DNA from: Octopus vulgaris
Lineage: Eukaryota
NCBI GenBank assembly: GCA_951406725.2
Contig: OX597834.1
Span: forward strand, 5,890,001-5,954,000
DNA: 64,000 nt
Reading direction: 5' to 3'
Shown here: piece after piece, positions 39,975 through 53,777 of the stretch
Numbering within the stretch: position 1 is the stretch's first letter
Layout: each line of letters opens with the position of its first letter
The notes under the pieces: model-generated
What the model was told of the DNA's origin: nothing
Databases searched by the model: none
Seen by the model: the letters and a program-made list of their open reading frames with translations, nothing else
Program-made: the position numbers and the translations under genes

Positions 39975-40784
39975 TAGACTGTGGCCATGCTGGGGCACTG
40001 CCTTGAAGAGTTTGTAGTCGAAAGAATCAACCCCGGTACTTTTATTAAGCCTCATACTTATTTGATCAATGTATTTTGCTGAACTGCTAAGTTACAGAGA
40101 TGTAGACACACCACCACTGATTGTCAAACAGTGGTTGGTGGACAGACACACACACATGCACACACACGCACACACACACACACACACACACGACAGTCTT
40201 CATTCAGTTTCCATCTACAAAATCCACTTACAAGGCATTGGTCGGCCCGGGGCTATAGTAGAAGACACTTGCCCAAGATGCCATGCAGTGGGACTGAACT
40301 CAGAACCATGTGGTTGGGAAGCAAGCTTCTTACTCTTACCACTCAGCCACGCATGTGCCTATGTACATACTCTTTTCTCTCTTTTACTTGTTTCAGTCAT
40401 TTGACTGCGGCCATGCTGGAGCACCGCCTTTAATCGAGGAACTCGACCCCAGGACTTATTCTTTGTAAGCCCAGTACTTATTCTATCGGCCTCTTTTTGC
40501 CGAACCGCTAAGTAACGGGGACATAAACACACCAGCATCGGTTGTCAAGCAATGCTAGGGGGACAAACACAGACACACAAACACACACATGCATATATAT
40601 ATATATATATACATAAATACGACGGGCTTCTTTCAGTTTCCGTCTACCAAATCCACTCACAAGGCTTTGGTCAGCCCGAGGTTATAGTAGAAGACACTTG
40701 CCCAAGGTGCCACGCAGTGGGACTGAACCTGGAACCATGTGGTTGATAGACAAGCTACTTACCACACAGCCACTCCTGCGCCTA
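39975..40784 (-). mobile_element. Two family A SINEs in tandem (older 39975-40362, younger 40370-40784)
   Basis: Two tail/head sets. Confidence 0.88.
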
Positions 40785-41316
40785 TGTACATTTTTATCAG
40801 TCTACATTTTTATACGTTTTTGTCGCTATATTTTTAGAAAATAGAATTCCGTGCCAATTTGGTATTTTTATGACTGTCTGTAAGTGTTTTTGTCTATATT
40901 TTATTATTTGGATACATGAAATGTAGCTCTAAATGTTCTCCTGAGCTCTTGACCTATGAATTTAAACTCTGTATATCATAACTGAATATGAAGTGTGCTG
41001 TAATTGCCTTCGCTTTGCAGCTTCTTAATCTCTGTCTCTTTCTAGATGTCATTATGTCATTTTTGTTTCTTGAATTTCAATCCTTATCAACATAATGGTT
41101 ATTCATAGACCTCGTTCCCTAATTATATCCTTTTCTCGCTGTATTCTTAACTTTCTTCCATCTTCTCTCTTCTCATTTTGTATTCATATACATACATACA
41201 TACATACAAACATATAAAGTTAATCCAAACAAGAAAGCACAAAAAAAACACAACAACGCGAGGACGTGGAACAAATATAGTATTATTGGACGTTCAGGAA
41301 AGAAGGCAAGAAGGAG

Positions 41317-41353
41317 GGTTTAACGTTTCGAGCGGAGCTCTTCGTTGGAAACA
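41317..41353 (-). ncRNA. Minimal hammerhead-like motif, core box mutated
   Basis: Reverse: gttt CCAACGA a GAGC tcc GCTC GAAA CG TT aaac; perfect 4-bp stem II, palindromic AACGTT. Confidence 0.55.
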
Positions 41354-41452
41354 TAGGAGAAGGAAAGATCCAGAGAAGGGAAGACAGAGGAAAAAAAATC
41401 GCCAACGGTACACACGTGGTCACATACCTATATACATACATACATACATACA

Positions 41453-41488
<36 letters not shown>

Positions 41489-41525
41489 TAATGTTAGTGA
41501 AATTTTTCCTTCTCTGGACTTTTCT

Positions 41526-41564
41526 GGTTTCTGACGAAGAGCTAAGCTTGAATGGTTAAAGACC
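41526..41564 (+). ncRNA. Minimal hammerhead-like motif, GAAA box mutated
   Basis: ggttt CTGACGA a GAGC taa GCTT GAAt ggtta aagacc. Confidence 0.5.
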
Positions 41565-41688
41565 AACTCTTTTTCCCACTTTTACTGAGCATCAAACTAA
41601 TACATTCATTGTGTACATCCTCATGTAGGTTTGTTATTGTTATTTATAATATTCAATTGTTCAACTTTTAATATTAAATTTGACAACA

Positions 41689-41720
<32 letters not shown>

Positions 41721-41722
41721 AA

Positions 41723-41775
<53 letters not shown>

Positions 41776-41784
41776 TTATGTATA

Positions 41785-42023
41785 CAGGGTTGGCCAAAAG
41801 TCACCTGACAGTAAATCAAATCCATTCAACTCCAAGATCAAAACAAAAAATTATTTTATATGAGACTTCACGAATAAATAGACAAATGTTGAAAACAAAA
41901 ATGGTGATTTTAACTCACAGCATTCAATTATTAAACATTCATAATTGGAATGAATAAATAAAATTGAATATTAAGTCTTTATGGAATTCTGATTTACTGC
42001 CTGGTGACTTTTGGCCAAACTTG
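41785..42023. mobile_element. Tc1/mariner-type MITE with ~33-bp TIRs
   Basis: ta|cagggttggccaaaagtcacctgacagtaaatc ... gatttactgcctggtgacttttggccaaacttg. Confidence 0.85.
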
Positions 42024-42036
42024 AAAATATATATAT

Positions 42037-42453
42037 ACTCTTACTCTCTTTCACTCTTTTATTTGTTTCACTCATTTGACTGCGGCCATGCTGGAGCAAT
42101 GCCTTTAGTCGAACAAATCAACCCCGGGACTTATTCTTTGTAAGCCCAGTACTTATTCTAGCGGTCTCTTTTGCCGAACTGCTAGGTGACGGGGACGTAA
42201 ACACACCAGCATCGGTTGTCAAGCAATGTTAGTTGGACAAACACAGACACACAAACACACACACATACATATATATATATACATATATACGACAGGCTTC
42301 TTTCAGTTTCCATCTACGAAATCCACTCACAAGGTATTGGTCGGCCCGGTGCTAGAGCAGAAGACTCTTGCCCAAGATGCCACGCAATGGGACTGAACCT
42401 GGAATTATGTGGTCGGTTAGCAAGCTACTTACCACACAGCCACTCCTGCGCCT
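42037..42453 (-). mobile_element. Family A SINE, full length
   Basis: Family signature, tail to head. Confidence 0.9.
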
Positions 42454-42556
42454 GTATAAATATATATATATATGTATATATATAAATATATATATATACA
42501 TATTAGCCACACTTTACAGTATCATATAGCTATTATAATAAATCTTACCAATCAGC

Positions 42557-42612
42557 TTCATGAGGTGTTAGATAACAGCCTGATTCTTTTGTTAAAGGCC
42601 GAAACCGAGGTA
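42557..42612 (+). ncRNA. Degenerate hammerhead-like motif
   Basis: tTCATGA GG ... CC GAAA CC ga GG TA; intact GAAA, stem III and GUA; two mismatches in the CUGAUGA box. Confidence 0.45.
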
Positions 42613-42800
42613 TGCATTTAATTCTGTTTTTTATATAAATTTTCATCTGTCCTGCCTGCCAAATTTGGTTTTGGTGTTCGCTGTATTTTTCCTCTAGAGA
42701 ATTTCCTTGTAGTTTGATCATTGATGGTCTATTTCTAGCATACGGCCAACTCCCTAGCAGTAAGCCCTGCCAATATACACATATTTATATATATATATAT

Positions 42801-42860
<60 letters not shown>

Positions 42861-43345
42861 GGACAGACAGACAGCTTTGTGTGTATATGTATATATATAT
42901 ATAATAAAACAGGAAATTGAAAATAAAATTGAAAATAAAAATATAAAAATGTCTATTATGGACTTTATCTCAGTGGTAAAATGAAAGGCAATCAAAAAAT
43001 GTGAACTTAAAAATGCATGGGTTTTAATAGACTTGTAATGGTGCTGTCAAGTTTCCCCAACTAAAGCCACCAGTCATGTGACCAAGCATTTCAGCAGCAA
43101 GTGGGAAGCTAGTGTTTTAGTAGTCAAAAGCTGGAATGTAGTGACATGACACTGACTCCCTGACAAGCTTGTGTTCCCCGCTAAGTCTAGCGCTTCTGAC
43201 AGAAGAGACTGAGACAACCAAGAACGTGTTGCCTCGACAGCTGAGAAAAGCCAAGGAGCAGGTTAGACAGCACTTCCACCATTGCTCTGCTTGCTCATTG
43301 TCCTCTTAACAGTATGCGATTCTACACGAGAGCACACTAAGTGTA

Positions 43346-43581
43346 CCTATTTCTTTATTACCCACAAGGGGCTAAACATAGATGGGACAAACAAGGACAG
43401 ACAAACGGATTAAGTCGATTACATCGATCCCCAGTGCGTAACTGGTACTTAATTTATCGACACCGAAAGGATGAAAGGCAAAGTCGACCTCGGCGGAATT
43501 TGAACTCACAGCGTAACGACAGACGAAATACTGCTATGCATTTCGCCCGGCGTGCTAACGTTTCTGCCAGCTCACTGCCTT
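43346..43581 (-). mobile_element. Family B SINE with 17-bp TSD
   Basis: Flanked by agcacactaagtgtacc (43331-43347 and ~43605-43621) with a short duplicated 5' junction. Confidence 0.9.
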
Positions 43582-44039
43582 CAATAAGTGTACCGCCTTC
43601 AATAAGCACACTAAGTGTACCGCACATGTAATAGTAGCTATTGAGAGTTCTGCCTTGTAAAAGTAACGCAATAAATGAGTCACCAATTTGAATATGAGTC
43701 CGTCTTCATCCGTCACATCAGGCAACTACTAACATCAACACTACCATTTTAAAATAAATTGCATAAGGTTGGTCAGGCTGGGAGAGTTGTTAACACATTG
43801 GCCAAAATACTTTGTTGTATTTCATTGTCTTTACATCCTGAGTTCAAATATCACTGAGGTTAACTTTGCCTTTCATCCTTTCAGGGTCGATAAAATAAGT
43901 ACCAGTTGAGTAATGAGATCGATGTAATTGACTGGCCTCACCCCACCAAATTTTGGGACTTGTACCCATATTAGACAGTAGAAAGGAATATAAAATTGCA
44001 TACCTATAAGCCTACAAGTAAAACCAAAATTTATATATC

Positions 44040-44460
44040 AGGCGTAGTAGTGGCTGTGTGGTAAGTAGCTTGTTTGCCAATCACATGGTTCTGGGTTCAG
44101 TCCCACTGCGTGGCACCTTGGGCAAGTGTCTTCTACTATAGCCTCGGGCCGACCAAAGCCATGTGAGTGGACTTGGTAGACGGAAACTGAAAAAAGCCTG
44201 TCGTATATATGTATATATATATATGTATATGCCTGTGTGTGTATATGTTTGTGTGTCTGTGTTTGACCCCCAACATCGCTTGACAACCGATGCTGGTGTG
44301 TTTACGTCCCCGTAACTTAGCGGTTCGGCAAAAGAGACCGATAGAATAAGTACTAGGCTTACAAAGAATAAGTCCTGAGGTTGATTTGCTCGACTAAAGG
44401 CGGTGCTCCAGTATGGCCACAGTCACATGACTGAAACAAGTAAAAAGTAAAAAAAGTAAG
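44040..44460 (+). mobile_element. Family A SINE, full length
   Basis: Family signature. Confidence 0.92.
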
Positions 44461-44654
44461 TAAAGTATCAAATCTGTAAAGTACTTAGTCCCCATACTGC
44501 TTGTTTTAGTTACAATGAAAATATTTATCAAAAATATTTTTGGGTAGGAAAAAAATCAAAATTTAAATGCTGTGTTAGAAACTAATTATTTTTTTAACGT
44601 CTAAAATCACTTAAAAATCGTAAAGTAGAAAAGATTCATTTTTAATTATGAGAA

Positions 44655-45120
44655 AATTATTTTCCTTGCATTTTTTTCTCTTCCAAAGTCTTTCAGAATT
44701 TTATCTACACTGAAACTCCTGCTAATTTCAGAGTCGATGAACATAATTGCTAAACTGTTCCAACGTTCTTGCTGAATTGATCTCAAGTAAGTTTTGACCA
44801 ATTTCAGCTTGGAAAAAACTTATTTTTCTCAAGATGTCACAGTCACCCAGATTGTCAAGAAAATCTGGAGAGCAATAAAAGAAATTTGGAAATGCAGTAG
44901 ACCAGTTGTTGTAAGCAAGGAATTCAGTTTTCTGGTTAGCTTTAATCTTTGATGTCAAAATTGGATTTAAAGCCTCCATTTCGTCACAAAGCATGCATCC
45001 ATCTTTATCAACTAGTTATAGGATATTAACTTGATCTTTTTACTCTGTTGCTTTAACCTCTGTCAATACCACTTCCTGATCTACTGCACAATTTCTTATA
45101 GTGTCCTGGAAGAGGTCTTT
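44655..45120 (-). pseudogene. hAT transposase C-terminal dimerisation domain remnant
   Basis: Across frameshifts: STAFPNF../IALQIFLTIWVTVTS*E../FSKLKLVKTYLRSIQQERWNSLAIMFIDSEISRSFSVDKILKDFGREKNARK, matching hATC FPN...LRI.LT.PVT.AS.ERSFSKLKLIKTYLRSTM.QERL..LA. Confidence 0.85.
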
Positions 45121-45189
45121 AAAATTGTACAAAAGGCAAAAAAATAATCTTTATACTTTTGCAATTGTTTAAACCACGGTTCAAGTATT

Positions 45190-46030
45190 GCAGTGCATTA
45201 TCAACCACTTGATTGAAACATTTAGTAGACGTGCCCATTGCAAGGACCCTATTAGGCATGTTACTGATCAGATCACAAATATTCTCTTGAGAAATTTCAT
45301 GCCAATTTCAAGCAGTAATCTCAAAAGATCTGGCTTTGAGGATGCTTTCTTGTTCGTTTTCCAAAGTGTCCTGTCCATTATGCTCCAGAGATATTCAATA
45401 GGGTTCACATCTGGTGACTGGCTTGGCCATGGAAGCTTTTTAATGCCATTCTCTTCCAACAAATCTTGGGTCATTTTAGCCATCTTCCATAAATAGTCTT
45501 CTATAATCGTTTCTCCATTGGAGAAGACTGGAATGCATCCTTTCTGCAAAATGGACATATTTATCTGAGATTATGTTTCCCTCAAACTCCACCATCTCTG
45601 ATTGACCATTGTTCCAAATTGCTCCTCAGGCGATCACAGAATAGCCACCACGTTTCAATGTTGGCTGAAATATTTTTCATGTGAAATTCTTGATCACAGT
45701 TTCCAAACCCACACTTAACCACTGTCAGAAAATATAGCAGATTTAGACTCATCAGAGAATATGCCAGTGTTCCAAAATGCTAGTGCCTCTCCACCATCTC
45801 ACTGGCCCAATCTGTTCTCCATTTGATATTGGCTGGTTGCAGAGGTAGCTTCCTTCTTGCTGCTCTGCCATAGTGACCAAGTTTGTGAAGATATCTGACA
45901 GCTGTCTTAGGACTGACATCAATTCGTTCTGCTATTTCAGAGGATTATCCTCCACACTTCTTTTAGCAAAATTAAGGGTCCTGTCAGACCTGAGCGAGGT
46001 GATGCTGATTCCTTCCTCTCTCTGATGAAT
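45190..46030 (-). pseudogene. Tc1-family transposase remnant
   Basis: VSPKTAVRYLHKLGHYGRAARRKLPL; FWNTGIFSDESK; PTLKRGGYSVIA*GAIW; [18 protein letters not shown]; stops and frameshifts; the QDNA segment with the second catalytic Asp appears deleted. Confidence 0.92.
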
Positions 46031-46290
46031 TGCACAATCATCCCAAGGTTTTCTGTGATTTTACACTAAGTTAAACAAAACAATATTCCATGGGATGTCT
46101 ATTTACTTCTGTCATGTCTTTGTATATATACTTACATGTGTGTATAGAGTGCTTTTTCTTTTGTTCTTCTTTGCATCATATTTGAAATTTTCATTTCCAT
46201 ATTTCCGTATTGTTTCCTCATGAGACAGTTTACTTATCTCATTTAAATTTTTTAATTGTGCCTAATTATATATTATTTATGTAAATATTA

Positions 46291-46580
46291 CATCGGTCTC
46301 TTTTGCCAAACTGCTAAGTTACAGGGACGTAAACACACCAGCATCGGTTGTCAAGCAATGCTAGGGGGACAAACACAGACACACAAACACACACACACAC
46401 ATACACATATATATACATATATACGACAGGCTTCTTTCAGTTTCCGTCTACCAAATCCACTCACAAGGCATTGGTCAGCCCAGGACTATAGCAGAAGACA
46501 CTTGCCCAAGATGCCCCACAGTGGGACTGAACCCGGAACCATGTGGTTGGTTAGCAAGCTACTTACCACACAGCCACTCC
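46291..46580 (-). mobile_element. Family A SINE truncated at both ends, between exact 56-bp direct repeats
   Basis: Repeat at 46185-46240 and 46581-46636. Confidence 0.88.
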
Positions 46581-47406
46581 AAATTTTCATTTCCATATTT
46601 CCGTATTGTTTCCTCATGAGACAGTTTACTTATCTCGCTTAGAATTATGGGTTGGACGGTTCAACTGTGGTCTGTGAAGCCAAGAATTATGGAAAAACGG
46701 TAGAACTTAAGAATCAAAGTTTGAAATATGCGTGTAATCCTTTTTATTCTTCTTAATATTTTGTTCTGAATCATTCTGAGTTCAAATTCTGCTGAGGTTG
46801 ACTGTACCTTTCGCCCATTTGGAGCCATTATATAAGTACCCATTGAGGATTATGGTCACTGTAACTAACTTACTCCTTCCCTTGAAATAACTAGTCTGGT
46901 GCCAAAATTTAAAACCAATATTTTTACTCTGAATAAGGTGGAAAGCTGGCAGAATCGTTAGCATGCCAAGCAAAATGCTGAGTAGAATTTTACATTCTGA
47001 GTTCAAATTCTACTGAGGTCGACTTTGCCTTTCATCCTTTCAGGGTCAGTTAAATAAGTACCAGCTGAACACTGGAGTCAACTTAATCAACTTACACCCT
47101 CCCTGGAAATTGCTGGCCTTGTGTCAAAATTTGAAATCAATATTTTGCTTTGAATATTGATCTCAGTCAAATAATTCATATGCAAATTTATTCCAATTAT
47201 GGGTATTGCATTGAAGCGATAATATACTGGATTTTAATGAGACCATTAAAAATTGAGCTCATAAATTCAATGGTCAGATTTTTATAGTGTTTAGGCACTA
47301 ATTCACTATCTATGTGTATGTGAGTGTTTGCACATATACAAAACTATATTTGTATGTGTGTGTGTATGCACAACACACATATACATACATGCAAGTATTA
47401 CATATG

Positions 47407-47787
47407 TGGAGGCGCAATGGCCCAGTGGTTAGGGCAGCGGATTCGTGGTCGTAGGATCGCAGTTTCGATTCCCAGACCGGGCGTTGTGAGTGTTTATTGA
47501 GCGAAAACACCTAAAGCTCCACGAGGCTCCGGCAGGGGATGGTGGTGATCCCTGCTGTACTCTTTCACCACAACTTTCTCTCACTCTTACTTCCTGTTTC
47601 TGTTGTACCTGTATTTCAAGGGCCGGCCTTGTCACTCTCTGTGTCACGCTGAATATCCCCGAGAACTACGTTAAGGGTACACGTGTCTGTGGAGTGCTCA
47701 GCCACTTACACGTTAATTTCACGAGCAGGCTGTTCCGTTGATCGGATCAACCGGAACCCTCATCGTCGTAACCGACGGAGTGCTTCC
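47407..47787 (+). mobile_element. tRNA-derived SINE (family D), full length
   Basis: gtggaggcgcaatggcccagtggttagggcagcgg..gtttcgattccc (A/B boxes); fragments of its body at ~11835, ~12260, ~18500 and ~22340. Confidence 0.85.
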
Positions 47788-47889
47788 ATATCCATATTAC
47801 ATATGCACGTACTCACACACATATGGATGCACACACACACACACACACACACACACACCATACTTATACATGTATGCATGTATATTTCT

Positions 47890-48558
47890 CTTTTCTCTTT
47901 TCTCTTTTACTTGTTTCAGTCATTTGACTGCGGCCATGCTGGAGCACCACCTTTAGTCGAGCAAATCGACCCGGGGACTTATTCTTTGTAAGCCTAGTAC
48001 TTATTCTATCGGTGTCTTTTTGCAGAACCGCTAAGTGACGGGGACGTAAACACACCAGCATTGGTTGTCAAGCAATGCTAGGGAGACAAACAAACACATA
48101 CACACATATATATATATATATGCATATATACAACAGGCTTCTGTCAGTTTCCGTCTACCAAATCCACTCTCAAGGCTTTGGTCAGCCCGAGGCTATAGCA
48201 GAAGACACTTACCCAAGGTGCCAAGCAGTGGGACTGAATCCGGAACCTATTTCTTTATTACCCACAAGGGGCTAAACACAGAGGGAACAAACAAGGACAG
48301 ACATAGGTATTAAGTCGATTACATCGACCCCAGTGTGTAACTGGTACTTAATTTATCGACCCCAAAAGGATGAAAGGCAAAGTCGACCTCGGCGGAATTT
48401 GAACTCAGAACGTAACGCAGACGAAATACCGCTAAGCATTTCGCCTGGCGTGCTAACATTTCTGCCAGCTCGCCGCCTTTCTGCCAGCCCGCCGACTGAA
48501 CCCGGAACCATGTGGTTGGTTAGCAAGCTACTTACCACACAGCCACTCCAGCGCCTAT
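47890..48558 (-). mobile_element. Family A SINE with nested family B SINE (48246-48480)
   Basis: Host split at duplicated gactgaa(t/c)ccggaacc. Confidence 0.9.
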
Positions 48559-48904
48559 GTGTATGTTTGAATGTCTTTCTGCGTAAGATCCTGTACTGGA
48601 CTTAAAACCTTATTTTAATAGAAACAGAGAAATGAAAGGCAGCGCAGTAATAAATAAGTATATTCAAATTCTAATGGAGCATGGTGACATTTTCTTTACA
48701 CTTGTTTTCTTACGAAGACAAGCATAAAAAGAAACACACACACGCACACACACAAATACACAGTCAACATGCATATGAATGCAAGCACACATACACATGC
48801 ACATTCATGCACAAACACACAGGTGCGTGAGCTGATTGGCTTTTGTTTCACATGTTTTCTTGCAATATACATAATATAAACACTTGTTTGTATTCTATAC
48901 TACT

Positions 48905-49207
48905 CATGTGTATGTGTGTGTGTGTGTGTGTGTGATATATATATATTGATATTTATATACAAAATATTTTATACATATAGCAACAAATATTTACATATAT
49001 AGCCACCAAACTTATGCATATATATATAATTGTAAATTTTAGTTATATATATGTGTGTGTGTTTGTAGGTGTGTGTGTGTGTGTGTGTGTGTGCATGTAT
49101 GTATTCACACATTAACATACATATGTAAAAAAAAAAATATATATATATATTACATGCATATATAGATATATGTATATAAATATATATATATATTACATAC
49201 ACATATA

Positions 49208-49245
<38 letters not shown>

Positions 49246-49278
49246 CAACACATATATATATATATATATTACATACAC

Positions 49279-49317
<39 letters not shown>

Positions 49318-49369
49318 TATATATCTGTGTAGGTATATGTGTCTATGAATACATATGTATATGTATGTA

Positions 49370-49442
<73 letters not shown>

Positions 49443-49477
49443 GTATGTATGTATATACATACGTGTGTGTGTGTGTT
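48905..49477. repeat. (TA)n/(TG)n microsatellite field
   Basis: Dinucleotide runs. Confidence 0.9.
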
Positions 49478-50429
49478 GAATATGTAATCAAACATAATGT
49501 ATAGTGAAACCATGAGATGACCTCCACTGTCTGGCTTTTGAATTCCCAAAGGTAGAATTTTAATGGTGGAACTTGATCAACCATGTGCCTCAGCCAATCA
49601 TATGTATCAAATAAATTTATCGTTAAAAACAAAAGGTGTACTGCATTTAACTATGTCAGTATTTTTGTGATTTATGGCGAAGTGGTGTGATGTCAAAAAT
49701 ACACGATTCAGCTGCCAGAAAAAAAACCATTTCTTTGTGTTTTGTAGTATTTATTTTTTTTTTTTTACACTCATATATATAATTTTTATTGAAAAAGATG
49801 TTTTTCTCCATATTTTATATTCTGAAGTGATGCTATCATATTGAAAATATCACATAGGTGAATTATTTTAATTTAATACTTCTTCTTGACCTTAGACAAA
49901 TTAATAAAATTAAAACAATGCTGGTCAAAGTGGAATGTTGTTTTTGTTTTTTAGTTTTGCCGTTTCATTTTAACACTAAAAATATTCCTAAATCATTTAT
50001 ATTTATTTATTGTGTGTGTGTGTGTGTGAGTATGCAAGTGTGTGTGTGTGTGAGTATGCAAGTGTGTGTGTGGGAGAATTGGTGGGTGTAGAAAAGAGAA
50101 CAAATAAAGATTTGTAGTTTAATTAAAAATAATGTTAATAGTGATAACACAAATGTATTACACAAAGCATTGTATAAATTAAAAGTTAACACTTTAAAAT
50201 AGAACTAAAACAAACTAATGAGGACTAATTTTGGTCTTTTTTGTTGGTTGCTCCTGGTTACCGTGAATGAGCAGAAATATGGTCAAAATTTTCCAGCTAT
50301 GAGCATTCCATTTCTTTCGTTTTTTTCCCATTTTTTTTGGTATTTCTTTGTATTTCTGTCCAATGTGTCAAGTTTTTCTAAGAACAGAGCATGTGATTTG
50401 AGAGAGATTTGGCTGCCATTTCTATTATA

Positions 50430-51133
50430 TTTATTGGTTTCAAATTTTGGCACAAGCCCAACAAGTTCAGGGAAGAAATAAGTCGATTACATCAAGTACA
50501 AAATGCATAGCTGTATTGTGTCTGCCGTTACGTTCTGTGTTTAAATTCCGGCGAGGTCGACTTTGCCTTTCATCCTTTCAGGGTCGATAAAATTAAGTAC
50601 CAGTTACGCACTGGGGATGATGTAATCGACTTAATCTATTTGTCTGTCCTTGTTTGTCCCCTCTGTGTTTAGCCCCTTGTGGGTAGTAAAGAAATAGGGA
50701 TTTCGTCTGCCGCTATTTTATCAGACCCAAAAGGATGAAAGGCAGAGTTGATCTCGACAGAATTTGAACTCAGAACAGAAAGAAGCACGAAATACCACAA
50801 AGCATTCTGCCAGGCAAGCTAATGGTTCTACCAGCTCACCATCTTGTTTAAAATAGATATTTATTTCAAATTTTGTCATCATCAACACAACAACAACAAC
50901 TATTACAACCATAAAAATAATCCTTTCTACCATAGGTACAAGGTCTGAAACTTTGACGGGGGGGACAGTTGATTATATTGATCCCAGTACTCAACTGGTA
51001 CTTATTTCATCAACCCCGAAAGGATGAAAGGCAAAGCCAGCCTCTGCAGAACTTGAACTTAGAACATGAAGACGGATGAAATGCCATTAAGCATTTACCC
51101 AGTATACTAATGATTCTGCCTGCTCACCGCCTT
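50430..51133. mobile_element. Cluster of family B SINE copies (plus strand 50505-50715; minus-strand older copies)
   Basis: Meta domain gactttgcctttcatcctttcagggtcgataaaattaagtacc and its reverse complements. Confidence 0.8.
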
Positions 51134-51192
51134 GTTTCTAGCTAATTCATTGATGATCTAGATGCTACCCCTATCGTCCTTTGACAACAATA

Positions 51193-51388
51193 CTGATGAT
51201 GATGATGATGATGATGATGGTGATGGTGATGGTGATGATGATGATGGTGGTGATGGTGGTGGTGGTGGTGATGATGATGATGACAATGATGATGATGATG
51301 GTGGTGGTGGTGGTGATGGTGATGGTGATGGTGATGGCGGTGATGATGATGATGATGATGATAATGATGGTGGTGATGATGGTGATGG

Positions 51389-51422
<34 letters not shown>

Positions 51423-51442
51423 GGTGGTGGTGGTGGTGGTGG

Positions 51443-51491
<49 letters not shown>

Positions 51492-51524
51492 GGTGGTGGT
51501 GGTGGTGGTGGGTGATGGTGATGA

Positions 51525-51558
<34 letters not shown>

Positions 51559-51566
51559 GGTGGTGG

Positions 51567-51621
<55 letters not shown>

Positions 51622-51695
51622 GGTGGTGGTGGTGGTGATGGTGATGGTGATGATGATGATGATGATGATGATGATGGTGATGATGATGGTGGTGG

Positions 51696-51738
<43 letters not shown>
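51193..51738. repeat. (GAT)n/(GGT)n compound microsatellite
   Basis: Triplet runs. Confidence 0.97.
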
Positions 51739-52605
51739 AGAGGCACAGGATCATGAAAGCAACAGACAAAATGTCTTGTGGTATTTGTTTCAGCTCTTTG
51801 ATGCCGAAGTTCAAATCCTGCTCAGATCAATTTTGCTTTTGCCCTTCACGGGTCAGGTCAAAATAAAATAAAAAATGCCAGACAAGAGTTGCGGTGATAT
51901 AATTGAATTTTCCTTCTTGGAATTTTTGACCATTTTCTTTATAACTTTGAATGGTTTTGGTCTTTCTTGTTGGTTGCCCTAGTAACCCTGATGATCAGAA
52001 ATATGGTCAAAAGTTTTCCCCAGATATGAACATTCCATTGGGGGCAGGGGTATTTGCTTTATGATTTTCTGATGGTGATGTCTGTCATGATTACATTGAA
52101 GAATGCCTTAAAATTCTATTCAACAGATCATTATCTCTGATTCTCATTGTTTACAAGGACGAGAAAGAAATTCTGTCTTTGGATACCCGATGCCAGTATA
52201 TGGTAACTAAATTTCCTTGCTTGCAAAATTGAATCAAGTGCTGCAAACCAATGGGACACAAGGTCAATTGTCCACCACTGCTGTTATGTCTGTCCAATTC
52301 CTCCAACTTTGAAAGAACCAAATCTCCTTCAATAGGAAGGCACATCTTCTTACTGTATTTGTCTTAATCAAACAATTTTAATTCCATGTTAAATTAGAGG
52401 GCTGGATTCACTCTCTTTCAATAAATTTAAAGAATTATTCGACAGACACACAGACACGACATCGAAGAAGTGACTTCAGTGGTGTTCCTATAATCCTGTG
52501 AGTTTATAAAGACCAGCAAATGCACCCAGACAAATGCAGCACGGATATTAGGGGCCATTGTGGTCATTGCTGTGGTGATTATGGTTGGCATCACCATCCA
52601 ACACA

Positions 52606-52640
<35 letters not shown>

Positions 52641-52864
52641 GTACTACTACTACTACTACTACTTCTACTACTACTACTACTACTATTACCAGCACCACCA
52701 CTACTACTACTATTACTACTACTACTACTACCACCACCACCACCACCACCACCACCACCACCACCACCACCACCACTACTACTACTACTACCACCACCAC
52801 CACCACCACCACCACTACTTCCACTACAACTACTACTACCACCACCACCACCACCACCACTACC

Positions 52865-52932
<68 letters not shown>

Positions 52933-52954
52933 AACCACCACCACCACCACCACC

Positions 52955-53029
<75 letters not shown>

Positions 53030-53050
53030 GCTGTTGCTGCTGCTGCTGCT
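52606..53050. repeat. (TAC)n/(CAC)n compound microsatellite
   Basis: Triplet runs. Confidence 0.97.
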
Positions 53051-53359
53051 TAAAAACCATTACTTCATACTGGATCTCATTCTGTCTTATCACTCCTCAT
53101 ACATTTTTCTTCGTGTGACCAGTAACTATAGCAACAGATGTGACTGGTCATCTTTGTTATTGCATTTCTTTTTGCTCTTTATGTTTCCTTCTCAAATTCC
53201 TTTCGAGACCAACTTCCATAGTTCCAGTTTCTATAGAATATAATTCCAATCAAGTTCTGTATTTTGAAAAAACTGACTTACTTTTCTCCCTAAAATTTGA
53301 GGCGCAGGGCCCCACATTTGTTGAAGAAGGTTAGGTAGAGTTCCTGGAAGAATTATCAT

Positions 53360-53773
53360 ACTCTTTACTCTTTTACTTGTTTCAGTCATCTGACTGTGGC
53401 CATGCTTGAGCACCGCCTTTAATCGAGCAACTCGACCCTGGGACTTATTCTTTTGTAAGCCCAGTACTTATTCTATCGGTCTCTTTTGCCGAACCGCTAA
53501 GTAATGGGGACATAAACGCAACAGCATCAGGTTGTCAAGCAATGCTAGGGGGACAAACACAGACACATAAACACACACACGCATATATATATATATATAG
53601 ATATATATACGACAGGCTTCTTTTAGTTTCCGTCTACCAAATCCACTCACAAGCATTGGTTGGCCCGAGGCTATAGTAGAAGACACTTGCCCAAAGTGCC
53701 ACACAGTGGGACTGAACCCGGAACCATATGGATGGTAATCAAGCTACTTACCACACAGCCACTCCTGCGCCTA
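53360..53773 (-). mobile_element. Family A SINE, full length
   Basis: Family signature. Confidence 0.9.
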
Positions 53774-53777
53774 TCAT

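Noticed and set aside
47407-47480. tRNA gene candidates (also 57523 and 62700)
   Set aside because: A/B boxes are present but they are SINE heads; I could not fold a full cloverleaf
52454-52503. Possible micro-exon ending at gtgagt, and the nearby 64-aa ORF at 52151-52345
   Set aside because: No recognisable homology and no polypyrimidine tract
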